A program made the translations under genes and the position numbers. This document shows positions 1 through 10,660 of a DNA stretch of 64,000 bases, in pieces; position 1 is the first letter of the stretch; every line of letters begins with the position of its first letter. The notes beneath the pieces were generated by a model. It saw only the letters and a program-made list of their open reading frames with translations. It did no database searches and was not told the origin of the DNA. The stretch covers positions 31,634 to 95,633 of the forward strand of contig JBHLON010000006.1 of NCBI GenBank assembly GCA_048940445.1, read 5' to 3'. This stretch comes from Promethearchaeota archaeon. Its GTDB lineage: Archaea > Asgardarchaeota > Lokiarchaeia > Sigyniarchaeales > SOKP01.

Positions 1-252
1 ACTAAAATTTTCAAATCAATTATAACTTTGCCCATGAGAAGAGTATTCAAGAAAGATTTGCCCCAAAATAGAAAAGAAATTCTATATATATTATCTTTTT
101 ATGGTTCACTAGTAATTTTTATTTCCTTTATTTTAAATCCTTTTTTAAAAATAAATTAAACATTCATTCTGTTTAAATAATCATAAGGTATTATTAGCTT
201 GAATTCTGACTTGTATATAGAATATCAATTTTTTTTTAAATATAATGGTGAT

Positions 253-1338
253 ATGAAAATTCCATCCATTCGTAGAAGAATTGCTCGTGTAAAGAAAAAA
301 GAAAAAGTAGGACATCCTCCTGGTACACTCGTATATACTGGAGAGAAAAAAAAAGTAGATACCAAAATTGAGCTTATTGATTATACTGAAAAAACTTATA
401 CTATTAAAGAATTCAATCATGTGGAAGGAACCTTTAACTTATTAGACAAAAATAAAATCAGATGGATTAAAATTACAGGATTAGCTCAAGTAGATATCAT
501 AGAAGAAATAGGAAAACAATTTAATTTACATCCACTTGTTTTAGAAGATATATTAAGCACAAATCAGAGACCAAAATTTGAAGTATATGGAGATTATATT
601 TTCATTATTCTTGAAAGAATCTTTTGGAATGATCAAACAGAAGTATTTGAACGTGAACAAGTAAGTTTAGTATTAGGACAAAATTATGTCATTTCGCTCG
701 AAGAACAAAAAACTGATATTTTTAATCCTATCTTTGAACGAATCCGAGTTCCAAGAGGAAAAGTTCGTTATATGGGGGCAGATTATTTATTATATACATT
801 AATTGATATCGTAGTAGACAATTATTTTATAACTTTAGAAATAACTAGTGAAAAAATAGAAAATATAGAAAATGAATTAATTTCTGATCCTTCACCTGAG
901 ACCTTACAATCAATTTATAGACTTAAAAGATCTATAATAGATTTGAGGAAAACTATATGGCCTCTACGAGAGTTAGTAAATATGTTACAGAGGGAGACAA
1001 GTGAACTAATTCGAGATAATCTGCAGATATATCTAAGAGATCTTTATGATCATGTTTACAAGATTAATGATCTTTTAGAGAGTTATCGTGATATAATATT
1101 TGGAATGTTAGATATGTATCTTTCAAGTGTTAGTAACAGAATGAATGAAATAATGAAAGTTTTAACTATAATTGCAACAATTTTTATTCCGTTGTCATTT
1201 CTAACAGGGATTTATGGCATGAATTTTCAATTTATGCCAGAATTATCTAATCCTTTCGCTTATCCACTATTGTTAGTTGGAATGCTATTTATCGCTGTTT
1301 TAATGCTTTCTTTTTTCAGAAGAAAAAAGTGGTTATAG
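253..1338 (+). CDS. corA: Magnesium/cobalt transporter CorA
   Basis: GIYGMNF signature, MPEL loop, two C-terminal TM helices; ATG at 253 after GGTGA chosen over the TTG at 199. Confidence 0.95.
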   Translation: MKIPSIRRRIARVKKKEKVGHPPGTLVYTGEKKKVDTKIELIDYTEKTYTIKEFNHVEGTFNLLDKNKIRWIKITGLAQVDIIEEIGKQFNLHPLVLEDILSTNQRPKFEVYGDYIFIILERIFWNDQTEVFEREQVSLVLGQNYVISLEEQKTDIFNPIFERIRVPRGKVRYMGADYLLYTLIDIVVDNYFITLEITSEKIENIENELISDPSPETLQSIYRLKRSIIDLRKTIWPLRELVNMLQRETSELIRDNLQIYLRDLYDHVYKINDLLESYRDIIFGMLDMYLSSVSNRMNEIMKVLTIIATIFIPLSFLTGIYGMNFQFMPELSNPFAYPLLLVGMLFIAVLMLSFFRRKKWL

Positions 1339-1343
1339 ATTTA

Positions 1344-1904
1344 TTATTTGCGTTGGATACCAGAAATTAAATGAATAATTCCATAAAGCATTAAAGAGAT
1401 TGATATAAGTACCACTAAAGTAATAAATCCAAGGGCAGGTAATGCTATCACCAAGATCCCAAATATAAAAATCAACAATCCGATTATGAGTAAAAAAATC
1501 CAATATTTTGTTTTTTCACTCCTTACTTTAATTCCAAGATAAATTATTATAAATCCAATTATTGTTATAACAATCCCAAAAAGAGTAGTAGCAATTATTA
1601 CAGAACCAGCAGGATTTATAATTACGCTAATAAGTATTATCAATGAAATGAGAATTGTTCCAATCCCTGTAATATATTTGAAAATCACTTTTTGCCTATC
1701 AAGCTCCTTGGAGAAAATAACATTTAAAATTTGAGCCAAACCTAAGGCTAACAATGTCAATGAGAGAATAATTAACAGAATTACAACTGAAGCTACAGAA
1801 AAAATTAGTACTAGTATAGATAAAATACAAATAATTAATCCAAATGTAATATCAATAAATTTTAAATTTCGTGCTATTAATTTTTCACTACTCATTTTTA
1901 ACAA
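1344..1904 (-). CDS. HdeD/DUF308-like membrane protein
   Basis: About six hydrophobic helices in repeated pairs; ATG at 1895 may be the true start. Confidence 0.65.
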   Translation of the reverse strand: MLKMSSEKLIARNLKFIDITFGLIICILSILVLIFSVASVVILLIILSLTLLALGLAQILNVIFSKELDRQKVIFKYITGIGTILISLIILISVIINPAGSVIIATTLFGIVITIIGFIIIYLGIKVRSEKTKYWIFLLIIGLLIFIFGILVIALPALGFITLVVLISISLMLYGIIHLISGIQRK

Positions 1905-1994
1905 GCTAGATAATATTATAATACTTTTGAAGGTTTTCTCCTTAATTAATTTTGAATACAGAAAAGTCTCTTCTAAAAATATCGAAAAAATAAA

Positions 1995-2636
1995 TTAAGG
2001 TCTTATTTTTTCACGTTCTGATAATTTCAAGGTGAGTTTCTTTTTCAAATCAGATAAAGTATTCTGTTTTTTTCTTACGATTTCCATTTTCTCATTGATT
2101 CTGTTTTCGGATTTTTTTAAGTCATTTTGTTGAGAGCCGAATTTTTCTTTTGCTCGAGCTTTTTTCTCTTCGGATGCGGCTGCTTTAACAAGTTTAACAT
2201 ATGCTAATTGAAGCTTTCCTAACTTTTCTCTTTCTTTCGCAACATGAATCTTCTCATCCATTAAACTTTTATTGGCTTCTGAAATATCAGTTTCAACTTT
2301 AGCTATTTTTCTATGATTCTCTGCTATTTCTATTTGAATATGTGCTAAATTTTCATTAAAAAGTGCATACTTCTTTTCAATATTTAATCCTAAATCCGAG
2401 TATTCAAAAAGATCCTTAGATGCTATTTTGCTTTTTATTAGATTAGTAGTTTGTTCAGCTAGTTCTTTCCTTATTTTTGCTAATTCAAGTCCTTTTTTAG
2501 AAAGTTGTTCCCTTGCTTTCGCTTTTTTTAATTCTGCTTTTGCCATATTCTTGGATTCTATTGCAATTTTCTTTTCATCCAGAGCTATTTTTAGGTTCTT
2601 AATGGCACTTTTTTCAAGTAATTCTAAATTCTCCAT
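1995..2636 (-). CDS. Coiled-coil hypothetical protein
   Basis: K/E/A/L-rich heptad pattern throughout. Confidence 0.7.
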   Translation of the reverse strand: MENLELLEKSAIKNLKIALDEKKIAIESKNMAKAELKKAKAREQLSKKGLELAKIRKELAEQTTNLIKSKIASKDLFEYSDLGLNIEKKYALFNENLAHIQIEIAENHRKIAKVETDISEANKSLMDEKIHVAKEREKLGKLQLAYVKLVKAAASEEKKARAKEKFGSQQNDLKKSENRINEKMEIVRKKQNTLSDLKKKLTLKLSEREKIRP

Positions 2637-2775
2637 TCACGCTCAGTCTCTTTTTATCTAATATATGATTTATACATGCATATACATTAATAATATTATT
2701 GATTAAGCTATTTCAAAATCATTAAAAATTTAATAAACCAAAATAAAACTTAGCTAGAAAAAGAAGATTCATCTT

Positions 2776-3240
2776 TTAAAAATATTTAATCCAAATTACA
2801 GCATCATCATTTGGATAAAAAGCAGGAATAACTGAAACTTCACGAAACCCCATACTTTCATAGAATTTTCTAGCTATGCTATTTGATCGCTCCATGAAAA
2901 AATATATAACTCTTAATTTATAGCCCTTGAGCTTAAAAAACTTTTTTGTTTCACTTATTAAAGTTAATACTAATTCCTTGGCTATTCCTTGCCTCCTATA
3001 ACCTTGGGTTACACCAAGCCCAATTAGCTCTATAACTCCATCATTTAATCCGCCTCGAGTATCCCATGATACAGTTCCAACTATTTTAAGATCAGTTGCA
3101 CAAATGATTGTCTTTAATCTAAATATTAAATCACTTGCAAATTCTATTGCCCTCTGTTCATGATTTTCAACATCATTTAGATACATTTTTTTTAAAAACT
3201 CAATATCATTTTCTTCAGCAAATCTTATAATTTTCTCTAT
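2776..3240 (-). CDS. GNAT family N-acetyltransferase (probable ATA start)
   Basis: Motif A V..GYRRQGIA and N..ARKFYESMGF; frame extends 18 codons upstream of ATG 3186 (IEKIIRFAEENDIEFL) to an ATA directly after an in-frame TAA. Confidence 0.85.
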   Translation of the reverse strand: MEKIIRFAEENDIEFLKKMYLNDVENHEQRAIEFASDLIFRLKTIICATDLKIVGTVSWDTRGGLNDGVIELIGLGVTQGYRRQGIAKELVLTLISETKKFFKLKGYKLRVIYFFMERSNSIARKFYESMGFREVSVIPAFYPNDDAVIWIKYF

Positions 3241-3258
3241 TTAAATCACTTCTCAAAA

Positions 3259-4215
3259 TTAATTCTGCGATAATAATTCAATTAATGCTCTTGGAATTTC
3301 TTTATAATCATTTACAGCATAAAATTTTCCCCTTCCCTTAATAGCAATTTCTTTACAAGCATCAATTCCTCTATCAGCATCGTTTTCAGCAGGCATCCCT
3401 ATTACGTGTAATTTAGGATACTCTTTCGCTAGATTAAAAGGATTTTCTCCTCTGTTATAATTTCCATCTGTTATTAGAATACCAAATTGATTTCTCGGTT
3501 CCTTTTTTAATTTATTTAATTCTTTTAATCCTTTTTCTAAACCAATATAGATGTTTGTAAAACCACTTGCTTCAGAGTCAAGGATATCATCTATAATTGT
3601 CGTAATTGGTTTTTTTTCATCAATTCTTTTTAATGTCAGTGCAGTTGAGTTGAATAAGATAATAGCATAGTCTTCTTTCTCCATATTATAGGCAAGCACA
3701 GAAGCAGTTAAAGCAGCATTTAGGAGTAGCTTTCCATACATACTTCCACTTGTATCTAAAATCAATACAATCTTGCGCTTCTGTTGCATTCTTTTAATAC
3801 CATAGATGTCATCATATGTGATGATTTTTTGATGAATCTTTAAAGGATTATGCTGAATTGTTTCATCCAAATCAAATTCAGGTGAACCAATTTCGTAATG
3901 AGGGATAACTTTTCGATAATTCCCTCTTATGCCTTTACTTGTAATTTTAAGAGCTGTTTTCAATATACTTTGGCGAGCTAAACGCCTAAATATTTTTTTA
4001 TATTTCTCAGAGATTGGACGTCTTATAAAGAAGTAAACTTCTGCCATAGAAGTTGCTGAATCCTTTGCTTTTTCAGAGAAAAATTTAATTCCTTCATCAC
4101 AGTCTAAAGCATCAGTCGCAGCATAAACATTTGATTTAAGCATGCCTATTATAGCCTCTAAATTTTTATATTCTATCGCTAAGTAAGTTAATTCCTTAAT
4201 TTGCTTATAATCCAA
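3259..4215 (-). CDS. VWA domain protein (CoxE/ChlD-like partner of MoxR); frame open upstream to 4386
   Basis: MIDAS DTSGSM, T in GFTNI, ITDG; 57 further sense codons upstream lacking ATG/GTG/TTG. Confidence 0.9.
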   Translation of the reverse strand: MDYKQIKELTYLAIEYKNLEAIIGMLKSNVYAATDALDCDEGIKFFSEKAKDSATSMAEVYFFIRRPISEKYKKIFRRLARQSILKTALKITSKGIRGNYRKVIPHYEIGSPEFDLDETIQHNPLKIHQKIITYDDIYGIKRMQQKRKIVLILDTSGSMYGKLLLNAALTASVLAYNMEKEDYAIILFNSTALTLKRIDEKKPITTIIDDILDSEASGFTNIYIGLEKGLKELNKLKKEPRNQFGILITDGNYNRGENPFNLAKEYPKLHVIGMPAENDADRGIDACKEIAIKGRGKFYAVNDYKEIPRALIELLSQN

Positions 4216-4370
4216 TGAATTAGCTAAATGTTGATAATAATTGGGCTTTTTTCTCTTCTTTCTAATAATTTCATATCTTAAGATCTCTTTGTCAGGAAGT
4301 TTTTCTGTTAATCTTACATGTAACCTTTTATTCTCAATCTCTTCAGAACTTTCTTTAGAGAAATCATCGA

Positions 4371-5243
4371 TTACTGAAAATCCAGCTTATTCAAAGTAGA
4401 AAGGACGATATCTGTAATCATTTCTGCTTTTGATTTAGTTACTCCATCTTCAATTTCAATCTTGTTGTATAAAGCCATAATACCTGCTTCTACCCAGTTT
4501 CTAGTACTTGTTTCATATCCTGAATTTGATACCAATCCTGCTAGATCGATTGCTCCTCTAATTGAACTACCTCTTCGAATGAAGGTACTTTGTCTTGTCA
4601 GTTGAATAATATTTTGACAAATTCTGGCGATTTTATGTCCATTAGAGTCATTTAAGTTTGCTTCTTTTTCTATTATCAAAATTTCTTCTTCTGGATTTTG
4701 GTAATCTAATTTGATCCATATGAATCTATCTTTTAAAGCTTCACCTAAAACAGTTACTCCTACGTGAGCCCTGGGATTTTGCGTGGCAATTACAAAGAAG
4801 CTGTTGTCTGATTTAATTGTTCGTAATTTCGGAATTTCAAGTATTCCTTCATCTAAAGCCGTTAATAATGAATTTTGAGTACTTTCTGGCATTCTATTAA
4901 TTTCATTAACAAATAAACATCCACCTTTAAGCATGGCTGAAGCAAGTGGGCCATAGACATAGGATTCTTCTAGATAACCCTTCGCTATAACTAAAGGAGG
5001 ATCCCAAAATCCAACTAAATTATGAGATAAAGTCTCCTCATTACAATCAATTCTATAAAAGTCTGAATCAAAATATGATGCAACAGCACGAGCTATTGTT
5101 GTTTTTCCGACTCCAACCTCACCCTCAATCAAAATGTGCTTTCCAACAGATCTAGCAAGTATAATCTTATTTAGTTCAAAATCTCTTCCAATAATTTTGT
5201 ATTTTTGTTGTATATTTTTTACAGTCTCAAATGCGTGAACCAT
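4371..5243 (-). CDS. moxR: MoxR family AAA+ ATPase
   Basis: Walker A GEVGVGKT, Walker B variant LFVNEINR, ATQNP, ALKDRF. Confidence 0.9.
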   Translation of the reverse strand: MVHAFETVKNIQQKYKIIGRDFELNKIILARSVGKHILIEGEVGVGKTTIARAVASYFDSDFYRIDCNEETLSHNLVGFWDPPLVIAKGYLEESYVYGPLASAMLKGGCLFVNEINRMPESTQNSLLTALDEGILEIPKLRTIKSDNSFFVIATQNPRAHVGVTVLGEALKDRFIWIKLDYQNPEEEILIIEKEANLNDSNGHKIARICQNIIQLTRQSTFIRRGSSIRGAIDLAGLVSNSGYETSTRNWVEAGIMALYNKIEIEDGVTKSKAEMITDIVLSTLNKLDFQ

Positions 5244-5363
5244 AATATTAATAATATTTTATTTCTAAAAAATTAAACTAAGATAAGAACTTTCAAAATA
5301 AATATGAAGACTTTTATTATAATAAACGAAAAGGAAGAATTAGAAGAATCCGTTTAAGCGGTT

Positions 5364-6620
5364 CTATTTAGGAAAAAGTTTTACAATAACTTTTTCTCCC
5401 TTCTTTAATCCTTCTTGATTTGGAGGGATTTCAACAATTCCATCTGAATATATCAATGAAGTAATAATAGCAGAACCTTTCAATTTAATTGGATAAGCTA
5501 TATAATTATGATTTTTTTTTTCTACTCTTACCCTTAAATAATGTAAAATTCCTAAACTTGAAACAGGAATATCTTTATCGATAATTGCAAGAAGTTCATT
5601 TCTAGGATCTAAGACAGAACACCCTAACATTTTCCTAATGGCAAGTCCTGCAATTTTTAAAAAGGAAACATATGCTGCTACAGGTGTTCCGGGAAGACAG
5701 AAAATTAGAGTATTATTAAAAAGACCCAATAATATAGGTGAACCAGGTCTCATTGCAATACCGTGTGTTATAATAGTACCTAATTCATTAATAATTTCAG
5801 GTAAATAATCTTTTGTCCCAACTGATGTGCCTCCAGTGAAAATTAAAACTTGAGAATCTTTTGTTGCTTCAATCAGCTTCTGTTTTATGATAAACTTATC
5901 ATCTTTAAATGTTTCAGCTCTAATGACAAACCCTCCATATAAATTCACTAAAGATGATATCATTAAATTATTTGAGTTGTAAATCTTACCAGGTTTCAAG
6001 GTATCACCAGGTTCTACTAACTCGTCTCCTGAAGAAAAAATACTTACTCTTGGTTTAATTTTTACTTCTATATGGTTTAATCCTAAAGAGGATAAAAGAG
6101 CTAAATGTTCAGCTTTTAAGTCTGTGCCCTTTCTTAGTATTTGGGTCCTCTTTTTAATATCTTCTCCTTTCTTTGAAACATTTTTTCCTGGAACTAAAGA
6201 TACATAAAGCCTTATTAAATCATTTTCTATTTCTGTATCTTCTATCTTTATAACAGCATCAGCACCTTCTGGTAACGGCGCACCTGTAGAAATTTTACAA
6301 CCTTCACTTTTTTCAATTTTAACTTCTGCAGATTCGCCAATTTCAACAGTTCCAACAAGTTTTATCATTTTAGGAGTTTTTAGAGAGGCCCCAAATGAAT
6401 CCTCTGCTTTAATCGCATAGCCATCCATAGCTGATCGATCAAAAGGGGGGATATCCAATTGACTGACGATATCTTTTGCTAAGATTCGATTTAAACTATC
6501 CTTAATGTCAATATCTTCAACTGAAGTTTCTTGGATCTTTAAAAATAATTTATCTAAAGCATCATCTATTGGTGTTAACTTAGAAAATCCTATTTTTCGA
6601 AGTTTTTCCACTTGTATCAC
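5364..6620 (-). CDS. moeA: Molybdopterin molybdo/tungstotransferase MoeA (copy 1)
   Basis: PPFDRSAMDGYA, TGAPLPEGADAV, SGDEL, GGTSVG, LPGTP. Confidence 0.95.
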   Translation of the reverse strand: MIQVEKLRKIGFSKLTPIDDALDKLFLKIQETSVEDIDIKDSLNRILAKDIVSQLDIPPFDRSAMDGYAIKAEDSFGASLKTPKMIKLVGTVEIGESAEVKIEKSEGCKISTGAPLPEGADAVIKIEDTEIENDLIRLYVSLVPGKNVSKKGEDIKKRTQILRKGTDLKAEHLALLSSLGLNHIEVKIKPRVSIFSSGDELVEPGDTLKPGKIYNSNNLMISSLVNLYGGFVIRAETFKDDKFIIKQKLIEATKDSQVLIFTGGTSVGTKDYLPEIINELGTIITHGIAMRPGSPILLGLFNNTLIFCLPGTPVAAYVSFLKIAGLAIRKMLGCSVLDPRNELLAIIDKDIPVSSLGILHYLRVRVEKKNHNYIAYPIKLKGSAIITSLIYSDGIVEIPPNQEGLKKGEKVIVKLFPK

Positions 6621-7186
6621 TCTTGTTTATTTATTATATATAAAACATGTCCTAATTCAGGTATAATAATATGCTGAAAAGCTAATTTTACCGCATTTGG
6701 AGAACCTGGTAATAAGAAAATGGCTTTATTCTTTTCTTCACTCCTTAAAATACCTGCTGTTGCTCTTGATAACATAGCAGAAGCACCAATTTCATTGTAA
6801 GAAAGTGATCTAAAAAGTTCTCCGAAGCCATCAAATTTCTTTTCTAATAATGGCTCCAATGTTTCATAGGTTATATCTTTGATTGATAATCCTGTACCGC
6901 CACTAAATATGATTGCATCAATGGCTGGATCCTTTAACACCTGGGAAAGCGCTATTTCTAATTGTATTTTTGAATCTGCTATAATAGTCGTGAATACTAA
7001 TGAAATTGAATCGATATTTTCTAATAGCTGTCTTACTGTCGAAATTGTTTTATCTGAACTCTTTTTTCCAGATTCAATCTCATGAAATCTACTAGTGCTT
7101 ACAATAATTAGAGCCATATTTATTTTTTTTGGAGCTTTCTTTTTGTGTTCTTCTGGAACTATGGTTTCTCTTACCATTTTTATCAT
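6617..7186 (-). CDS. moaB: Molybdopterin adenylyltransferase MoaB/MogA
   Basis: SGGTGLS..DIT, GFGELFR, LSRA, LPGSPNA. Confidence 0.92.
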   Translation of the reverse strand: MIKMVRETIVPEEHKKKAPKKINMALIIVSTSRFHEIESGKKSSDKTISTVRQLLENIDSISLVFTTIIADSKIQLEIALSQVLKDPAIDAIIFSGGTGLSIKDITYETLEPLLEKKFDGFGELFRSLSYNEIGASAMLSRATAGILRSEEKNKAIFLLPGSPNAVKLAFQHIIIPELGHVLYIINKQE

Positions 7187-7212
7187 TATTTTTTTATTTC
7201 AATATTTATAAT

Positions 7213-8439
7213 TTAGAAGAGATATACATTTCTTTTATCTCCCTTTTCTATTATTGATTCTAACTCATTAATCTCTATATATCCATCTGCATAGAATATA
7301 GTACTTATCGCTTCAGATCCAGTTTTTATAGGAAATACCTTCATCTTACCATCAACCTCTTTGATTTGTACAGCTTTAAACTCGTGTCGGCCTATGGTGC
7401 TGTAAATTCTCTCGCCAATTTCCAATTCTTTCGAAAATACTTCTCTTAAAGGATATCCAGACATCTTCCTAAGGAAATTATCTATAAAAACATAATAACA
7501 ACTTAATGCAGATGTGGGATATCCTGGTAATATAAAAATTATCTTTTTCTTTAATTTAGCAAATATGATTGGTTTTCCTGGTTTGATTTTAACCCCATGT
7601 ACTTGAATTTCAATATCATCATATTGTTCTAAGACTCTTGGTCCTAAATCCCCTTCTCCTTTTGATGTGCCACCTGATAATATTGTAATATCGCTTTTTT
7701 CTAAAGCTGTATCGACGGCTTTCTTTAAATCTTCAAACTTATCTCTTACTACACCTAAAAAATTCACATGAACACCTGTATTTTCAATAGCCTTTTTTAG
7801 AACTATAGAATTTACATCATAAATTTTACCAATCTCTAATTCTTTCGTATTTTGATTTACTAGTTCATTACCAGTACTTAAAAGGCAAACTATTGGCTTC
7901 TCATGAACGGGAACATCTTTAATGCCACATGAAGCTAAAATCCCTAAAGTAGATAAATCAATCAACTTATCTTTTTTAACAATAATCTCGTTTTTTCTTA
8001 TATCATGTCCTACTTCGATGATATGAGTTCCTGGAGTTATAGCTTTCGAAATTAAAACTTTATTATTTTTTTTTTCTGTGAACTCCACCATCACAACACC
8101 ATTAGAATTCTCTGGGATTGCAGCTCCTGTTGCTACATAGGAACATTGATCCGTTTTTAGTGACTTTTGAGGAATTTCTCCTGCCTGAATTGTTTCAATT
8201 AATTCAAGCGCGATTAAATTATCTTCTTCTGCTTCAAATGTATCCTTAGCAATTACAGCATATCCATCCATTCGTGACTTTTTAAAATGTGGGACATTTA
8301 TTTTACTAACTATATCTCTAGAAAGAGTTCTGTTAAAGCAATCATTTAAAGAGACTAATTCTTCAGTAGTTGTTATCTTTTCTATTGAATTAAGTATTAT
8401 TCTAAAATCTTCCACACTAATAGTTTTTAAAAATTTCAT
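7213..8439 (-). CDS. moeA: Molybdopterin molybdo/tungstotransferase MoeA (copy 2)
   Basis: SRMDGYAV, STGNEL, SGGTSKG, KPGKP, LPGYP. Confidence 0.95.
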   Translation of the reverse strand: MKFLKTISVEDFRIILNSIEKITTTEELVSLNDCFNRTLSRDIVSKINVPHFKKSRMDGYAVIAKDTFEAEEDNLIALELIETIQAGEIPQKSLKTDQCSYVATGAAIPENSNGVVMVEFTEKKNNKVLISKAITPGTHIIEVGHDIRKNEIIVKKDKLIDLSTLGILASCGIKDVPVHEKPIVCLLSTGNELVNQNTKELEIGKIYDVNSIVLKKAIENTGVHVNFLGVVRDKFEDLKKAVDTALEKSDITILSGGTSKGEGDLGPRVLEQYDDIEIQVHGVKIKPGKPIIFAKLKKKIIFILPGYPTSALSCYYVFIDNFLRKMSGYPLREVFSKELEIGERIYSTIGRHEFKAVQIKEVDGKMKVFPIKTGSEAISTIFYADGYIEINELESIIEKGDKRNVYLF

Positions 8440-8482
8440 TTTTATGTATAAAGCTCACTCTTTATTATTTTATAGATCATAA

Positions 8483-8926
8483 TTAATGTATCCATTTTGA
8501 TGTTCCATTAGCAAAATCTTCTCTCTTCCAAACTGCTACTTCCTTTTTATACATTTCAACTGCTTGTTTAATAACATCAAATCCTTCTTTTCTGTGTGCA
8601 GATGCTACAACAACGTAAACTAAATCATCAGAGAGATCAAATTCACCTTTTAAATGGATAATTTTAACATCTATGATTCCATTGACTCTTTTCAATTTTT
8701 CACAAATATCGTTAATACTTTTCCTTGCTAATTCATCATAAGCATCTACTTTCATACTAACTACTGGTTTACCTTCAAGCGAGCTATTTCTTACAATTCC
8801 TGTAAAAGTATGGATAGATCCAGCTTCTTTTATTTTATGATTTTTTTTAATGGAATTAATTATATTTTCTAATCCAATTTCTCCTTTATTATATATTCCA
8901 GATTGAACAGTCTCATCATTTTTCAT
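8483..8926 (-). CDS. moaE: Molybdopterin synthase catalytic subunit
   Basis: FTGIVR, VASAHRKEGF, WKRE...W. Confidence 0.93.
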   Translation of the reverse strand: MKNDETVQSGIYNKGEIGLENIINSIKKNHKIKEAGSIHTFTGIVRNSSLEGKPVVSMKVDAYDELARKSINDICEKLKRVNGIIDVKIIHLKGEFDLSDDLVYVVVASAHRKEGFDVIKQAVEMYKKEVAVWKREDFANGTSKWIH

Positions 8927-8932
8927 CAGTTA

Positions 8933-9211
8933 TTAACCTCCAGATACTGGTAATAAAAAAGCCACTTTATCTCCATTCTTTAACCTAATTAATAAAGGAT
9001 TTTTTTCTTGAACGGTTTGATTATTGATTATTATTGAAATTAAATCATGTATCTTTTGAATTTTTTCATCCCAAATTAAATTTTCTAAGTTATATTTTTC
9101 AAACAATAGATTAAGTAAGCCTTGTAGATTATCACCGGAAACATCAAATTCTTCTTTCTCTTTTCCTGTTATATCTTTAAATTCCGCAAAATATAAAACT
9201 TGAATTATCAT
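8933..9211 (-). CDS. moaD: Molybdopterin synthase sulfur carrier (MoaD/ThiS, SAMP-like)
   Basis: Beta-grasp size, YFA N-terminus, C-terminal PVSGG. Confidence 0.93.
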   Translation of the reverse strand: MIIQVLYFAEFKDITGKEKEEFDVSGDNLQGLLNLLFEKYNLENLIWDEKIQKIHDLISIIINNQTVQEKNPLLIRLKNGDKVAFLLPVSGG

Positions 9212-9237
9212 AAATACAAAAAATCTTTAAATATTTG

Positions 9238-10158
9238 TTAATAGTAGGGCTCTCGTGAGTCTACAACTTGTTTTACTATTTGCTCATATTTGGATAATGA
9301 GGAATTATTCTGTAGAGCCTCTTTAATATTTTTTCCAAGTTCAGATCGATATAAACATCCAAAGAGATTTCCATCACATCCTACGCGTAATTTAGTACAA
9401 CCCATACAAGATTCGTGACTTGGTGTGATTGTCTCAACTGTAACTGAATTAGGTAATATGAATACTTTGCGATTTTGCATAGAACCTCTTATTATTGTTT
9501 CTACTGCTCTTGATTCAAGTTCGTCTATAATAGGCTTAATATCTATGTGATACTTCTTGTAAAATTCACCATTCTTAATTACTGAATTTGAAACTTCGTG
9601 TAATTCAATTAATTGAAGAATATATCCACTTTTTCCACAGAAATCAAGCATAGAGTCAAATTCATTATCATTAAGTCCTTTCATTAAAACAAAATTTAAT
9701 TTTATAGGATTTAATCCTACTTCCTTTGCTAGTTTTAAACCACTCAATACTTTATCTAAAGTATCTGAGCCATAAATCAGTTTATATACTTCTCGGTTGA
9801 GTGATGCTAATGACACATTTATCCGATTTAAACCCGCTTTGTATAACTCTTCTGCGTTTTCATATAAGAGCAATCCATTCGTGGTCATGGAAATATCTTT
9901 ATATAGGTGTAGATCAGACACGTTCTTTATTATTTGCACAATTTCTTCCCGACATAAAGGCTCTCCTCCAGTAAACTTAATTCTTGTTACATTAAGTATC
10001 TCAGCTAATATTTTACATAAATTAGTGATTTCTTCGACTGTTAAATCTGATGTTTTGGGTATAAAACCTTCTTGATCGCAATAAATGCAATTATAATTAC
10101 ATTTAGAAGTAATAGAAAATCTGATGTGCCTAATTTCTCTATTGCATTTATCTTTCAT
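9238..10158 (-). CDS. moaA: GTP 3',8-cyclase (radical SAM)
   Basis: CNYNCIYC, FTGGEP, TTNG, C-terminal CMGC.KLR...C cluster. Confidence 0.93.
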   Translation of the reverse strand: MKDKCNREIRHIRFSITSKCNYNCIYCDQEGFIPKTSDLTVEEITNLCKILAEILNVTRIKFTGGEPLCREEIVQIIKNVSDLHLYKDISMTTNGLLLYENAEELYKAGLNRINVSLASLNREVYKLIYGSDTLDKVLSGLKLAKEVGLNPIKLNFVLMKGLNDNEFDSMLDFCGKSGYILQLIELHEVSNSVIKNGEFYKKYHIDIKPIIDELESRAVETIIRGSMQNRKVFILPNSVTVETITPSHESCMGCTKLRVGCDGNLFGCLYRSELGKNIKEALQNNSSLSKYEQIVKQVVDSREPYY

Positions 10159-10594
10159 AATCTAAATCCTGTTTTTTGATTTTTTCTTCAACCTTAATGT
10201 CATAAATTTTTGTGGTAGGATATTGCCCATTAGCATCTTTTTCATACTTTTTAACGACATCCCATATATTTAAAAGTGCAATACTAACACCAGTTAAGGC
10301 TTCTATCTCTACTCCCGTTTTGGCAATACTCTTAACTTTACATATTACATTAATATTCTCATCTTCGATTTGAAAATCTAAGTCAACATTAGTTATAGAA
10401 ATAGGATGGCAAAAAGGAATTAGTTCAGGAACTTTTTTTGCTGCACTAATAGCAGTAATTTTAGCTACAGTTAATACATCTCCTTTTTCAACTTGCTTAT
10501 TTTTAATCTTTTCAATTGTTTCTTTTTTTAATTTAATCTTGCCAGAAGCTGTGGCAATCCTTAGAATTATGTCTTTCTTAGAGATATCAATCAT
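10148..10594 (-). CDS. moaC: Cyclic pyranopterin monophosphate synthase
   Basis: KGDVL, LIPFCHPI, KTGVEIEAL, WDVVK. Confidence 0.95.
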   Translation of the reverse strand: MIDISKKDIILRIATASGKIKLKKETIEKIKNKQVEKGDVLTVAKITAISAAKKVPELIPFCHPISITNVDLDFQIEDENINVICKVKSIAKTGVEIEALTGVSIALLNIWDVVKKYEKDANGQYPTTKIYDIKVEEKIKKQDLDYER

Positions 10595-10660
10595 TTTACC
10601 GATATAACTTGGGATACATAACGATTAAATAATTTAAATTGATATTTCTTAAAAATTTAT

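Noticed and set aside
4335-4386. Possible BHB intron at the moxR/VWA junction (TCAG/CTGA pairing)
   Set aside because: No intron stem, and canonical cleavage would recreate the TAA stop; a frameshift fits better
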